This document shows positions 13,314-25,400 of a stretch of 64,000 bases of DNA, one piece after another. Under the pieces are notes generated by a model. It did no database searches, was not told where the DNA came from, and worked only from the letters and a program-made list of their open reading frames with translations. The stretch is from contig ML996706.1 in NCBI GenBank assembly GCA_010356995.1, positions 563,789 to 627,788 on the forward strand, written 5' to 3'. The translations under genes and the position numbers were made by a program. This DNA comes from Trichodelitschia bisporula. Its lineage: Eukaryota. The number at the start of each line of letters is the position of its first letter. Within the stretch, counting starts at the first letter, position 1.

Positions 13314-14228
13314 TGGTGTCGTAGTCCTCCAGCAGGGGTCGTGATGACTTTTTGGAGTTGAAGTCGAAATACGCGGAGCCACTCGCGCCAAGCTTGCGGG
13401 GTTAGCGGCGTTAGCCCGCGTGGCGGGATGACGCCGGCCGAGGCTAGCTCCTCCGCGTCGCAACCTCACGCATCGCCAACTTCGACGCCACTTCGACATT
13501 ATCAACTCCCTGGTGCAATTGCGATGTTTTCTACGCTCCAGCCCCATCGGCCGCAGGTGCGTCGTACTCCTTGTTGGATTAGCAGAAAGCTAATGCGAAT
13601 TCAGGTCCGCCCGAATCCGTTCCCGGCGCAGCAGACAAGGCAATATGATCCCGCGACGACGCATCCCGTTTTCTTCAGCGGGACGCTGCGCAAAGCGCCG
13701 GCGGCTAGGATGAATGCGGGGACGAATCCGGCAGCGGCGGGATATGTGGTGCAAGAGAGGAGGGAGGTTAAATTGTGATGGAGGGGGTGGGGCGGGATGC
13801 TGGTTTTTACGGAACGATAGGATATGCGGTGATGATGGTTTAAGCGCGCGATGGGATACACACAAATGCATATTATTTACTGTACAAGCTCGGGAGTATG
13901 CACATGCTTAACCCTTCGTATGATGGCCAGGGGCCTCAGTGTTGGGGTTAGGTATGGGGTTGTGGTTGGTGATTTGACGGGCTTTAATGGGTATGGACTG
14001 GGAGGGAGGATAGGGAGGGGGACGGTTAGGTGGCGGCATGAGAGTTAGGGTTAGGGTTAAGGAACGTTGGGGATGTGGTGCGGGTACGTCAACTGTTCTC
14101 GCCGGCCCCAGGCCGCATCGCGAGCACGACACCGTGAACAAGAGACGAGATATCCACAAATGCATTGATATACAAACCAACAAAGTATGCACAAGCCCAG
14201 CCCTCCAACCCATATCCTTACACACCTC

Positions 14229-16683
14229 TCATAACCTCCCCAAATCCACCCGTCTCCTCCGTCCCCTCGCCCTAACCTCCCCCCCCGCCCCCCTCTCCTC
14301 CTCAAACAACAACCCCCCCACAGTCTCCACCAACCCCAGCACCCTCCTCCTCACCGTCCCCCCATCCCGCCTATTCTTCCCCTCCCTCCTAAACGCACTA
14401 ATCCCCTCCGCAAACTCCCACAGCCTGCCCTCAGCCCTCACCTTCCCATCCTCCCCGCGCATCGGAACCCACTCCTCTGCCAGCCTCACAACCTCCCCGC
14501 GCGGTCCCTTACTAACAACCACAATCCCCTCCTCCTCAAACCTTGCGTACGCATTCTTAAGCGTCTCTTTGTTGACAGCCTCAAAGTAGCTCAGATCCCC
14601 TTGGTGATACAACGTCTTGCCCAGCACCTGCGCCGCATTCTGCACCGCCTTCATCCCCAACCACGCACTTCCCCCCTCCGTCCCCGCCGGCGGCGCAAGC
14701 ATAATCAGCGACACGGCACCCAGCCAACTCGCCTCCACAAACGGCCAAATCAGGAAACAATAGAAGTCGAAGTTCTCCCGTCCCGATTCCCTCTCCTTCG
14801 CACTCAACTCCACGGTCAAAATCTCCCCCTTCCCTTCCTCATCCCCGACCCCAGCCGCATGGGTCACGGTAAGAACAGCATCCCCCTCGAGTCTCGCCAC
14901 CGTCCTTGCGAGATTGGCATCCAGCCCTTCAGGCGGGAAGATAAATTCGCCGCGGAAGAGCTGAGAGAGGAAGAAGACGGCCCGGCGTAGGTCGGACCAG
15001 GGCATGCGTTCTGCGGCTGCGCCGCCGCCGGCTTTGACGCGGGTGTAGAGTGCGGCGGAGACGAGGGCTTCGAGGATGAAGAGGTGGATTGTCATGTTGC
15101 GGTAGAAGGAGAGTTGGAATCTGCTCCGCGTTAGTGAAGGCTCCATGCCAAAGAGTGGCGACTTACCGGTCGACGGCGAAGTAGGTCTCTTCGACGAGGC
15201 CGTCTACTCGTCCTACGAGCCCGCTCCCGAGTACTTCCAACCCGCGCTCGACGACCACGCCCGTCGGCTGCCCGCCAAAATGCGCGACTCGTCCACCCGC
15301 CGCGCGAACCCGCTCGCACAGCCACTCCACCCGCCGAATCAACTCCGCGCGCCCAACCCCACGGCCCCTCAGCGTAAGTAGCACCGTGCCAATAAGCGCC
15401 GTGGGCATCGTAACGCTAACCTCATTAATATCTGCCAGCACGCGGTACCCCAAACTCCTCAACAACCGCACCCTGCGCTCCGGCTCCGTCTCCAGCGGGC
15501 CCGGCACGGCATCAAACCGCGCGAACTGGTCGACGCAGAACTCGCGCAGAGACCATGGCTTGTGGAACCGCACGTCGACGCGGCCGAGCTTGAGGCTGAG
15601 GATGGACGAGGCGGAGAGAAAGTCCCGGAGATTTTCCTTCGGTTTGGGTTGTCCGAGGAGTTCGCTGATGTAGCTGTCGACCTCGATAACCTTGTCGTAT
15701 GCCGTGCTAACCGGGCAGACGATCGCGTCCTCAACCCGGCCGGAGAGCACGCTGTCGAGTAAAAAGCGCAAGATGCCGAATTTCGGGCCCAGCAGCTTCC
15801 CCGTCCTACTCCGCCCTCCCTCAATGAAACACTCAAAATTGAACCCGCCCTGCAGCAACGTATCAATATACGCCTGCACCAACGTGCCATAAAGCTGATC
15901 ATCCCCAAAACTCCGTCTAATCCACATCGCCCCCGCATGTTGCAAAAACGGCCCCACCAGCGGAAAATTAAGATTATCCCCAGCCACAACCGTCGGAAGC
16001 CCAATCCCCAACCTGTAACATATAATCTGCAGCGAGACATAGTCCACATGGCTCTTATGACAGGGCAAGAAAATAATGCTCTGCTTCTTCTTCGCCGCTT
16101 GCGCCGCGACGTGCCGGAGCGCAACGACCTCTTCGCTGCTGACGTGGATCCCCTGGTGGTACGCGCGGGTCAGGAGTTGCGTGACGAGGTAATACGCGCT
16201 GCGGATGAAGCGCTTGGAATCCATCTTGCAAATCATCGCATCGGTCCATTTATCCGCCACATCGCCCAACTGCGCCCTCAACACCCTCTCCCTCGCCTCC
16301 CTTTCCTCAGCAGCACACAAATGCCCACCAACCTCCACCTCCACCCTCCTCCTCGCCAGCTCCGCGATCTTAGCCTGCAGCATCGGACTCCCGAGCACAG
16401 CATCGCGCATCTTCTCACTGAACCCGGGGTAAAAAATTGGCTGCCCGACCACATCTTCATAGCTCCTCCATCCCGTCCCACTAACATGCAGCCCGACTTC
16501 GCGGAAGAAATCGAGCGGCGCGCGACGAAACCGTGCCATCGTCTCGATGAGCTCGCGCTCCGAATCGGTCTGCGCGGTGAAGCCCGGTGGGTGGAGGCTG
16601 ACTTCGGAACCCAGAATGGAGAGGTCGGGCGGCATGGTGACATCGCCTGAGGGCGCCATGGCTGGATCGTCGGGGGGTGGCAT
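14229..16683 (-). CDS. Glycerol-3-phosphate/DHAP O-acyltransferase (PlsB/GPAT family), about 802 aa
   Basis: Acyltransferase motifs HKSHVDY, GAMWIRR, FIEGGRSRTGK and IVCPVSTAYD. Intron 15166-15121 joins YFAVDR|FQLSFYRN; exons sum to 803 codons. Confidence 0.92.
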
Positions 16684-17227
16684 CGTTGTGAGTGGTAACG
16701 CGTTGATGTGTTTTCAATGGGAAGGTGGAGGTGACGTGCGTCGATGTGGCAGCGTTGGGGATAGGTGTGGCTGGAGCTTGTTGAGCGCCACGACGCTCTT
16801 CCGCGGGTCGCGGAGTCACGTTGCCGAGGCACGGCCGGGTGAGAACAGGCTCATTGGAGCGGTGGTGCTACTCTACGAGCGACAACGCCGACAAAGACAA
16901 CGACAGCGATACACAACGACAGCGAAACACAATGCGCCCAGAGACACGCAGCGCCGCGCCGGCGTATAACAGGTGCAGGCACCGACACGCTGCAGGCCAA
17001 TGCTGCAGGTATATATTGACTGCACATCCACGTCAGCTCCCCGGCCTGCTGGTTATCCAAGTTCACGTCTCGACGGAACATGCAACTCCAGCGAATTGTT
17101 CTCGACGATGTTTATCTACGGTGGTTATCAGGTTTCTGCACGCATTTCGGCATCCGGGTAGGCTGAACGAAGCTACATGGCCAATGGATAAAAAGAAGCG
17201 CTCATGAGGGAGCAAAGGGGTGGATTC

Positions 17228-17323
17228 TGGTCAGTACGGGGGTCGAACCCGCGACCTTGGCGTGTACAAGTACATTCAAGACTCATATTAGCACCACGCT
17301 CTAACCAACTGAGCTAACCGACC
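17228..17323 (-). tRNA. tRNA-Ile(AAT) with 22-nt intron
   Basis: GGTCGGT TA GCTC AGTTGGTTA GAGC G TGGTG CT AAT A [intron 17285-17264] A CGCCA AGGTC GCGGG TTCGACC CCCGT ACTGACC A; all stems pair. Confidence 0.95.
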
Positions 17324-19411
17324 GGTGGTGGATGCGATGCGGAGTTGGGAAACGGGTCTGAGAGGTGGTGGGCGCGGCGCGCGCGGAGACAGAGTTGACG
17401 GTATCGCGACCGAGCTGCTGCAAGTACCATGCATGTCGTGAGTTGGAGTGAACCGCTCGACGGCCATGCCAGACATGCAGCTGGTGACAGTGAGGATATG
17501 CGACATCGACGATATACCTGAGTAGCCAGTCGCACATCATGAAACCGCAGCAAGCACGCGCAAGGCAAGCCGGCTGAAGCAAAACCTCCGAGTAGAAACC
17601 CCACGAACCACGGACATCGTGATAGGACAGACGCACGACGCGTGGGGTGTACTTCAGCTCAGAACCTCTCGTCCAGTCATCCAATGCGACAGAAGTACAC
17701 TGAAGTACATCAGACCAACGAACAAGCACCGTATTCTGCACCGTCTCCTGCACACGTCGCATTCGCATCTCCATCCCCCCCCCCAATCCCGTTAACCTCA
17801 TAAGCCGAAAAACAGCCCCGAACGCCACAAACGTCACGCCGATCGAACATGCCCATCTCCAGCCCCCAATCGTCACCAGCGCCCCATAAGGCATAAGGCG
17901 TAAATTTCCCCGCACGCCGTCGCCGATCCCGTGCCAGCGCCACCAGAAAGAAGCCGTCGGAGGCAGCATCGGGGACCCGACACGGGACCTTCCCAACCCT
18001 CGCAACCTCTCATCCAGAAAGCACACACCGAAGTACCACCTCTTTCGCCAGCAGCCTAACCTCAATCTCCCATTCCTAAAAGCAATAAATGCTGTGAAAT
18101 TCACTCACAGTCGCAAAAATCCCATTGGTCCCCGCCGGTAATTTCCCTCCCCTCCTCCACCGATTCGCCGCACCCACACCGCGGGCGCACCTTATCTCAG
18201 CCCACGCGCCAATCGGCCTCCCGCAGCCCAGTGCGCCACTACGCAGTGGGTTTTCGACGCCCCCTGCATCTTCCACACCACATTCCACACAACGACGCAG
18301 TCCAAGCCCTCTAGCTGCGCAATGTGCGGAAGGAAGCAACACGTCCGGTGCACTTCCGCTGCGCACGCTGCGCGGACGCTGCGCTCTCCGCCTGCAGTCC
18401 CGGCCCGCAGACCGAACTCGCATGGCAATACACCGCGCATGCATATCGACGCCACCCTAGCACAGCAGCAGCGGGGAAATCGCAAGGCACACACCGAGCT
18501 AACAACGTACGGTAGGTCGGACGGGATATGTTGTGCTCGGGGGGATCAACGCGGGGAAAAGAAGGGGTGCGCGACGTCCCCAACCCTCTCCAGAGCGCAA
18601 ACCAAGGGCGCCATCTCGGCGTCGGCGAGCAAATCTGACAGTTCTATCCGCTATTCCATCGCCGCGGCGTCTCGCGGGCCGGTAGAGCAAGCGATTCGTC
18701 CGCTGTCAGCGAGATGAGATTGCGGAGCTGAGGTCCTGGGTGAGCTGGGGATGAGTGGTGAGTGGTTGGGTGGTCCCTTGGTGGGTGGGTCGGGGTGCGA
18801 TGTGAATGGGGCCGCGCCCTTGCATTGTCGCGTTGTGCTTGCCGGCCTGGTGGGTGTGGGTCTGTGGGTTTGGGGGCGGGACAGGGGGGGGCTCGCGGGA
18901 CGGGACGGGGGCGGAGGGTTAGGTAAGCTGTTTTTTGGGTGGATAAGGGTTGAGTCAGCGTATGTTACGACGGGGGTATTTGGACTAGGGCTGGGTGTGA
19001 CGTCAAACGAAGACGATCAATGGCGAAGGGTGGAAGGTGGTGATCGTTTGGGAAGTGAATGAGGCGGGTGATGGGACGTGGGGGTTTGTTCTTTGATGGG
19101 TGAAAGGGTGGGACAAAGGATGGGGGCTTTATTCGTGTTTTGGCGTTTGCGATGGCAAGGCTGAAACAGCCGCATTTTCAACATCACCAGTGAAAGCTCA
19201 AAGCTCTAGATTCAGCAACCTACGGCTTTAATCTAGCTACTGAACCTTTTCGCAGTCTTTATTCATCCTCCAGAGTCTCGAATCAGCTCTTTCGGACGTT
19301 GCCTCAAGCAAACATTTCGGTCCCGCATCGCCAGCACGGAGAGTCCAAGAGTTGAAGTCTCAGTTCCTAGCCTCCACGCGATAGCATCAAAGTCAGACCT
19401 CCGCTAATGCT

Positions 19412-19612
19412 TTAATCATATCTCCTCCGCATTGCGGCCTCTCTCGCCAGCACATCAAGGATCTGGATCTGACATTGCCGGCACCGAGTGCGTCCGAATG
19501 TCAGTCCATGTAAAACGGTCTCCCGACAGTGCTCTGGAGTTTCGTCGCAGGGGCGGACCATTTCCTTGTCCCTGTGGCCACAGATGTATTCGACCCACTG
19601 ATAGATACACAT
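19412..19612 (-). CDS. Met-Cys CGH/CxxC microprotein, array member 1 (66 aa)
   Basis: MCIYQWVEYICGHRDKEMVRPCDETPEHC...CRQC; TATA-like TATATATA about 70 bp upstream (19681-19688). Confidence 0.75.
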   Translation of the reverse strand: MCIYQWVEYICGHRDKEMVRPCDETPEHCRETVLHGLTFGRTRCRQCQIQILDVLAREAAMRRRYD

Positions 19613-19788
19613 TATGGTTGAAATCGGATTGTGATGGATATGGGATGGATGGACTTAACATTTCGGATGGGATAGGAGGGTATATATACCTCAGACGGGC
19701 GATTCACGTCTAAGTTGGCAAGTGCATTGTAGCAGGTGAATTGTAGCAGGTGAATTAAGCTGATGAATTACAGGTCTTTACAAGGGAC

Positions 19789-20037
19789 TTAACGGCCGGT
19801 TAGCACAAGAAATCCAAAAGGCTGCGGATACTCCTTCGATCGAGATGCGAACGGAACGATCCGCCAACCGTCGGGGAACGTTCTTAATTTCTTACCCTTT
19901 ACGCACATATAACAAAGCTCTCTTGTCTCATTCCAGATTGTCTGCTTGTGCCCGGTACGCGACTCGTCCTCGCAGACCTTGACAGGGACGGTGTATTCGT
20001 GCCCGCACCAATAAGTGATGATCTGGAAGACGCACAT
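19789..20037 (-). CDS. Met-Cys CGH/CxxC microprotein, member 2 (82 aa)
   Basis: AAG ATG TGC start; MCVFQIITYWCGHEYTVPVKVCEDESRTGHKQTIWNETRELCYMC... Confidence 0.75.
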   Translation of the reverse strand: MCVFQIITYWCGHEYTVPVKVCEDESRTGHKQTIWNETRELCYMCVKGKKLRTFPDGWRIVPFASRSKEYPQPFGFLVLTGR

Positions 20038-20996
20038 CTTGATCTGCAGAGTTGGATGGAAGGAGATGCTGGAAGTGGAAGATGGAAGGGTGGTGAATGA
20101 GTTCATGGGACACTCTTCAACGGTATTATACCTGATCGGATGATAAAATGTGAGACCAAACTTTCACTCAGTGAACAACAAATTGTTCGAACCAACAAAG
20201 CAGAACCACTTTCATGAGTTAGCTCTGCGCCATGAGGCAGGCAGCACAGCGGCATTGTTGGAAGCCGCCGCTCAGCCAGAGCGGGCTTGTCAACTTGCTG
20301 GTCTCTGCCCGCCTGCCAAAGTGAGGGAAAAACAGCACCATGTTGAGTTTAGAAACTCGCTGACCTAGCTGAAGGATTAGTATCAATTGCACATCTTGTT
20401 GTATACTTCGAAGTCGTCTCCACTTCGTTGCCTGCCACGCGATCAGGCCTAGAACCACATGGACCCTTGCCGGAGTCCGGGGGTGGAGCTCGGAGGTGGT
20501 TCCGGGTCACCACCACAGCCCTTGCCTTAGGGCAGGATCATGGGAGTCGGGGATTGAAGTCGTCCCTCTACTCCATCTCCTCACGTTTTACCTTCGACTA
20601 GGCAATCTTAGAAGAAACAGCTGGCCTGGCCGCAGAATCAGTTCTATCGCACATTTCATTGAGCATTACGCCCTTGTCGGTCTTTGACGTCTCTCACAGC
20701 ATTGCTACGGGCTTTGTTGTCGAAGAAAGGGAGATCAAGACTGCAACGTTTGTGGGCTAACCGCACAATCGTGAGTTCTCTGTGAAGCTTGCGATATCAC
20801 TTCTGACTTTGCCCAGGGCGTTTATAGAGCTTCGCTTCCGCGCTTCATTTCTGCTCCTCGCCCGCTCTTCTTTGCAAACGCAGCTTGCTAGATCCCTGAT
20901 TTAGGCAAACGACAACGCATTCCAGAACCTCTGCTCTTCTCCGCCGCCCTTACTCGCCCACTTCCTTCACCGAGCCCGAAGATCTCCGTAAGCAAG

Positions 20997-21212
20997 ATGT
21001 GTGTCGGTTCGTATTACACCTACTCGTGCGGGCACGGCAACGACCGACCCATCATCGAGCCTTGCACGCAGAGAGCGAAGCCGGCGCACAAGCTTGTCGA
21101 GCGCCAATACACGCTCGATTATCCTTGTGCCTATTGCAATGGGTATGTTGGCAAGTATCCGAAGGATGTATATGGGGACAGCAATTCCGAGTCTAAGACT
21201 CGGAGGAGGTGA
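20997..21212 (+). CDS. Met-Cys CGH/CxxC microprotein, member 3 (71 aa)
   Basis: AAG ATG TGT start; MCVGSYYTYSCGHGNDRPIIEPCTQRAKPAHKLVERQYTLDYPCAYC... The stop overlaps GTGAGT, so a further exon is possible. Confidence 0.75.
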   Translation: MCVGSYYTYSCGHGNDRPIIEPCTQRAKPAHKLVERQYTLDYPCAYCNGYVGKYPKDVYGDSNSESKTRRR

Positions 21213-21751
21213 GTCTGAACTGACATAACGGCACGGTTGACGAATGATGGCTTACGATTGCTCCTTTTAGGTCGCACACAATTTGACATCTTTTGAAACC
21301 TCTCTGCTAATGATTGGCGTGAAAAGAACCGCTCGCAGTGACCTTCAAGCCGCAGTAAGTATGCCCTTGTGGGCACTAGATCAGCACCGCACAGTGCTTC
21401 TGTTGTGACGTCCCTGCAAGTTTGCGCGTAGAAGTACATCTCTTAGTCCATCCCCGGTGAGTGATGCTGCTCGCATTCGCGTTCCTCCTGTCCGGCGACA
21501 TGAAATGGGCGGCGACTTATCTTCTCGGCATGCCCATTGACGCGGCTGCCCCGTTTTTCAAAATAGTGCTTCATGCCTTCGTATTCGTCTTCGAGAACGG
21601 CTTCTTGGCTTCTCGATTGCTCGTACTGGCCGCCTTCCCCCTTGATATTAACCTCATTCTCCCATGTCTCCGCAACCACGCCACAAACTTCGCAACCTCT
21701 TTCGCCATCCCCGTTCATTTTCTACAACCACTTCGCAAGTCCTTTATCAAA

Positions 21752-22392
21752 ATGTGCCTCCAGACCAACTATCTGTACGCCTGCGGCCACGACGGAGGCT
21801 TTGACTTCCGCCCGTGCTCCCGCCGCGACCCGCCGCATAGGCCCGCCTTATACTGCGCCATCCTCTCCCTTACCAAGACGAAAGAGGCAGAGTGCCAGGC
21901 ATGCGCCGATGAGAAGACCTGCAAGAAGCTGAAGGATGCCAAGAATCTCGCTGAACAGTAAGTCTGCATCCGTGCTTAGTAGCGTGTGGATAGCATTATG
22001 GGCACTTAGAACTTACTAACGGCAACAGGACTGCGACAACCGATACTGAGCCAAAGACTCTAGATCTTCTTGCAGAGTCGATCGAGACTCTCGCAAAGGC
22101 GACGGACGAGATGATAAAGGCTTTGCATGAGGTGGATGAGAAGACGCAGACGCTCAACGAGATGAAGACCGCCTATCAGGATGAGTCGGAGTCGGAGTCG
22201 TCGGAGGGGGGTGGGGTCAAGTTGCCCGCTCAGCTTGCGGAGGGGAAGACCGCCCATCAAGATGAGTCGGAGTCGGAGTCGGAGGAGGGTGGGGTCAAGC
22301 TGCCGCGCCAGTTTGCGGAGGGTACGTTCACTGTCCAGCAAGAGTCCGTGGACGATGACAGCGATGGCGACATGAAGTTGCCTGGCAACTGA
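21752..22392 (+). CDS. Met-Cys CGH/CxxC protein with helical and acidic repeat tail, member 4 (about 189 aa, 2 exons)
   Basis: MCLQTNYLYACGHDGGFDFRPCSRRDPPH...CQAC. Intron 21958-22028 (GTAAGT...ACTAAC...CAG) puts exon 2 in frame with ORF 22111-22392. Confidence 0.75.
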
Positions 22393-23215
22393 TACGTGGG
22401 CTCGAGCACTCTTCACACTTTCGTTTTCGGCATCGTGCCAAAACTTGTTTCTCAATGTCCAAGTCAGGTCAAATCTACCATGAATGACTTTTATTCTCGT
22501 ACACTTCGATGTTTCTTCTCTTGTGGGCGTTTGAGCTGCCGCGCGTCACTATGAGGCTTCGTAGATATCTCGTCTTTCCACACGAACATTGCTTTCTACT
22601 TTCTGCATCGCTAGGAAGACAGTTCACCTTTCGTATTCACATTTTAGGCGATTTTTGCGCCCCTTATACGGCCCTATTAACACACAAGCCGCACCGTAAT
22701 GGCAGACACTAACTGATGGGCAGAGGAAGGGATATATTACCATACATCGTTACTACCTATACAGTATATACTTACTGCCTGTATTTGAACGGCAGGCATA
22801 GTTATAGTATAGTCATTGCCTACTATTAAGGCAGGCAAGGGAGCATGGTCAACACCGTACAGCTGGCAGGTGTTAGCTAGGGGACAGGAGAAGCATCTAT
22901 ATTGTTGACCTACATATATACAGCAGCTCCCCGCGGCCCTTTTGGCCGCGTTGGCAGTTATTCAGTTTTGCTTCTCACACATTGCATCGTGGCATTGTGC
23001 TGTCACAATACTAACGCCGGCCGATACCATACTAACTCGCCAAGCTCAGCCTTGCAGGGATCGCAACGCCGCCGGCATCTGTCCAACATCTAGGAGTATG
23101 AAGCCCGTTGAGCTGCCCGCGCCGGCTGAAGCTTACAGTGATCTAGGACTTGAAGAAGGTGCATGCAAAGCCATGTATTTTGCAAAGGGTTAGGCGAGAG
23201 TGGAATTGGCATGTA

Positions 23216-23378
23216 CTCGGTGAGTTCAAGCCGTTACCCGCTGCACTGGTTACCCGCAACGCTGTTTACCCGCAACACGCATTACCCGCAACGCTGATTA
23301 CCCGCGACTCTCGTTTCCCGCAGCACGGAATAGCCACAAGACAAGTTATTCGCAACGCGCATTGCCTTCAGCACCCAG
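23216..23378. repeat. 16-bp-period TTACCCGC array, possible DNA-transposon end or MITE relic
   Basis: TTACCCGC at 23234, 23250, 23266, 23282 and 23298, TTTCCCGC at 23314, and a degenerate copy at 23346. Flanked by TA-CTCGGTG ... CACCCAG-TA. Confidence 0.55.
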
Positions 23379-24087
23379 TACTCACCTCTAGGCATATTTC
23401 CTTAGATTTATTAGAGGCATTATGTGTACTCACAACTTTCCTCACCAAATCGCATGCCGCCTGAGTGAAGCGAAGGGCGAGGAAAGTGATTCATGAATCC
23501 AACTACGAGGTTCACAGGGTGCCTCGAGTACAGCACAAGTTCGGCATTTTGGCTTCACTTGGGTTAATTATGGGTGATGTATAATCCCATTAGGCTGCAG
23601 TGTAGAATTGTTCCCTATCCGCCTCTACTACATCTTCTCTTCTCCACTTCAGCTTTACAGCCACACTTGAAAATATTCTTGATCGACTGACAGCTTTTTG
23701 CGGTGTCGTTGTAAGATGTTGTCCCACATTAAGGAGATGTTGTCTTGCATTGACGAGGATGTAAAGATGCTCTTACGAGGCTCAAATCAATGAAACTTCG
23801 CACAACGGCTTGCAAGATCCTCTGAATGAGCACCCTCACCCAGCCGGGTGTTACGACAAGCTTCAGAAATGCTCTACCTGCGAAAAGATGGCGGGGGACA
23901 AGGAGCTGGCATATCAGATAGCCTGGGTCCTTTTGTACAGCTACAATGATATCCTTAAGGCAACGAGAATGCGAGACTTGCGGACGAAGTTGGCCGCTCC
24001 CAAGAACTTCTCCCACACTCTCAAGCCTTCAATTTAAGATTTCTGCTCCGCTCACCTCAGATCCGCAGTTTCAAAAGCTCCGCAAAG

Positions 24088-24414
24088 ATTTGCATTGTTA
24101 CCAAGCTCACGTTCAGCGGCTGTAAGCACGGCCACTTGGACCCTCGCAAGGGCCGGGTGTGCGATCGCGTGGGGGATCTAAGCAAAGATCACCTGCGCGT
24201 CTACGGATGGCTTCCGCGGCCAGGCTTTTGCCCTCCCTGCGAAGCACAGTTTAAAGAGCTGAATCGGGCGGAGGCTGAAGAGGCGCGGAGACTAGCGATC
24301 ATTGAAGCGAAGAAGAAACATGAACGGATGGCAGAGGAGAAAGATGGCAGAGGAAAAGTACCTCCGCGAGACGTTGGACCGCTTTTTGAGGGACGGCTCC
24401 GAATGAAGAGGTAA
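24088..24414 (+). pseudogene. Microprotein member 5 with ATT in place of the start ATG
   Basis: AAG ATT TGC..., otherwise open: (I)CIVTKLTFSGCKHGHLDPRKGRVCDRVGDLSKDHLRVYGWLPRPGFCPPC plus a charged helical tail. Confidence 0.7.
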
Positions 24415-24666
24415 GGAGAGCAAGCCTTGATTGATCAGTCCAGCCTTTGAGCGAGATTAATACCATTCACCTTTTTTGACCTGTAAGAAATGAGTTCCAT
24501 TTGCCCCGTGTGAAATGTGATGCCCATTCACTCGTCTCCGCTGCCCATAAAGCGAGTCGAACCTCGGAAGCCAGTCTTTGTCTGCAACCCGACAAAGCAC
24601 CTCAGAATCCACAAGGATCCTAAAGCAAATCACCTTTCCTCTATTGCACCGCTTCTAAAAGCCAAG

Positions 24667-24834
24667 ATGTGTATAGGGACCTACATCACATCCAGTGGAT
24701 GTGGCTGCAAGCGCCTTAAAATGATCACGCGCTGCGGCATGGCTGGTCAGGTGGGCCACGAACCGACAGTTTACGGATCGATATGTCGCCCTGGCCTCTG
24801 CGGAGGCTGTGCTGCGGTGAGATCGTTTTGGTGA
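24667..24834 (+). CDS. Met-Cys microprotein, member 6 (55 aa)
   Basis: AAG ATG TGT; MCIGTYITSSGCGCKRLKMITRCGMAGQVGHEPTVYGSICRPGLCGGCAAVRSFW. Confidence 0.75.
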   Translation: MCIGTYITSSGCGCKRLKMITRCGMAGQVGHEPTVYGSICRPGLCGGCAAVRSFW

Positions 24835-25089
24835 GTCGGGATGAGCTGGGTGTCAATCTAGCTCTGTGAGAAGATCAATACCATCCGCTTTCCAAAGGAC
24901 ATTGAATGAGTCCGCTTGCTGTGTGTAAAATGTGATGCCCATTCACCCATCTCCGCTGCCTACATAAGGCGAGTCGAACCGCAAAACTAGGCTTTGTCTG
25001 CAATCCAATAAAGCACCTCAGAATTCCAAAGATCCTTAAGAAACCCGTTTTTCGCTTCTTGTTGTACTGCATCCCGCTTGACATCCAAC

Positions 25090-25400
25090 ATGTGCCTGGG
25101 TACCAAAGTCACGCTGGAGGGCTGCGGCCACGCGGTGTGTTAAAATGAAGTGTGAACTTGACTGAGTTGCTTAACTAACTAGCAGTGGGAAGTGGGCTGA
25201 CTATATACATCGCCGGGAGACGACCCCTGTCTCCTGGCTCCACTCCAGCCACCCCAGGTTGCCACCACAAATTCAACACGGTGATTGACATTTGGGCGTA
25301 CTGCAACTTGGCTGGTACGCGGAACCACAGGCTGAGGGCGTATGGGTGGATAAGCCGGCCTGGCGTTTGTGAGGATTGCCTCGCGGGGGCTCCGTGGTGA
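25090..25400 (+). pseudogene. Microprotein member 7, interrupted by a solo LTR
   Basis: Removing 25138-25283 restores MCLGTKVTLEGCGHAVIDIWAYCNLAGTRNHRLRAYGWISRPGVCEDCLAGAPW* (54 aa), colinear with member 8. Confidence 0.85.
25138..25278. mobile_element. Solo LTR (141 bp) with 5-bp target-site duplication
   Basis: Starts TGTTAAAAT and ends AATTCAACA (TG...CA, imperfect inverted termini). CGGTG is duplicated at 25133-25137 and 25279-25283; internal TATATA at about 25202. Confidence 0.85.

Noticed and set aside
14045..14062. TTAGGG TTAGGG TTAAGG telomere-like repeat
   Set aside because: Only 2-3 units in a G/T-rich intergenic tract; expected by chance.
17301..19062. Several 100-267 aa ORFs next to tRNA-Ile
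   Set aside because: Low-complexity, overlapping on both strands, and no recognisable motifs.
23234..23321. CRISPR-like repeat-spacer appearance (also considered for the 24.4-26 kb cassettes)
   Set aside because: Eukaryotic context, 8-bp repeats or gene-sized spacers, and no cas genes.
23670..24037. Possible 11th microprotein relic (AAGATGC TCT...; H...CSTC followed by a helical tail)
   Set aside because: It sits in the array and has CxxC, but has no CGH in register and needs several assumed mutations, so it is not supportable.
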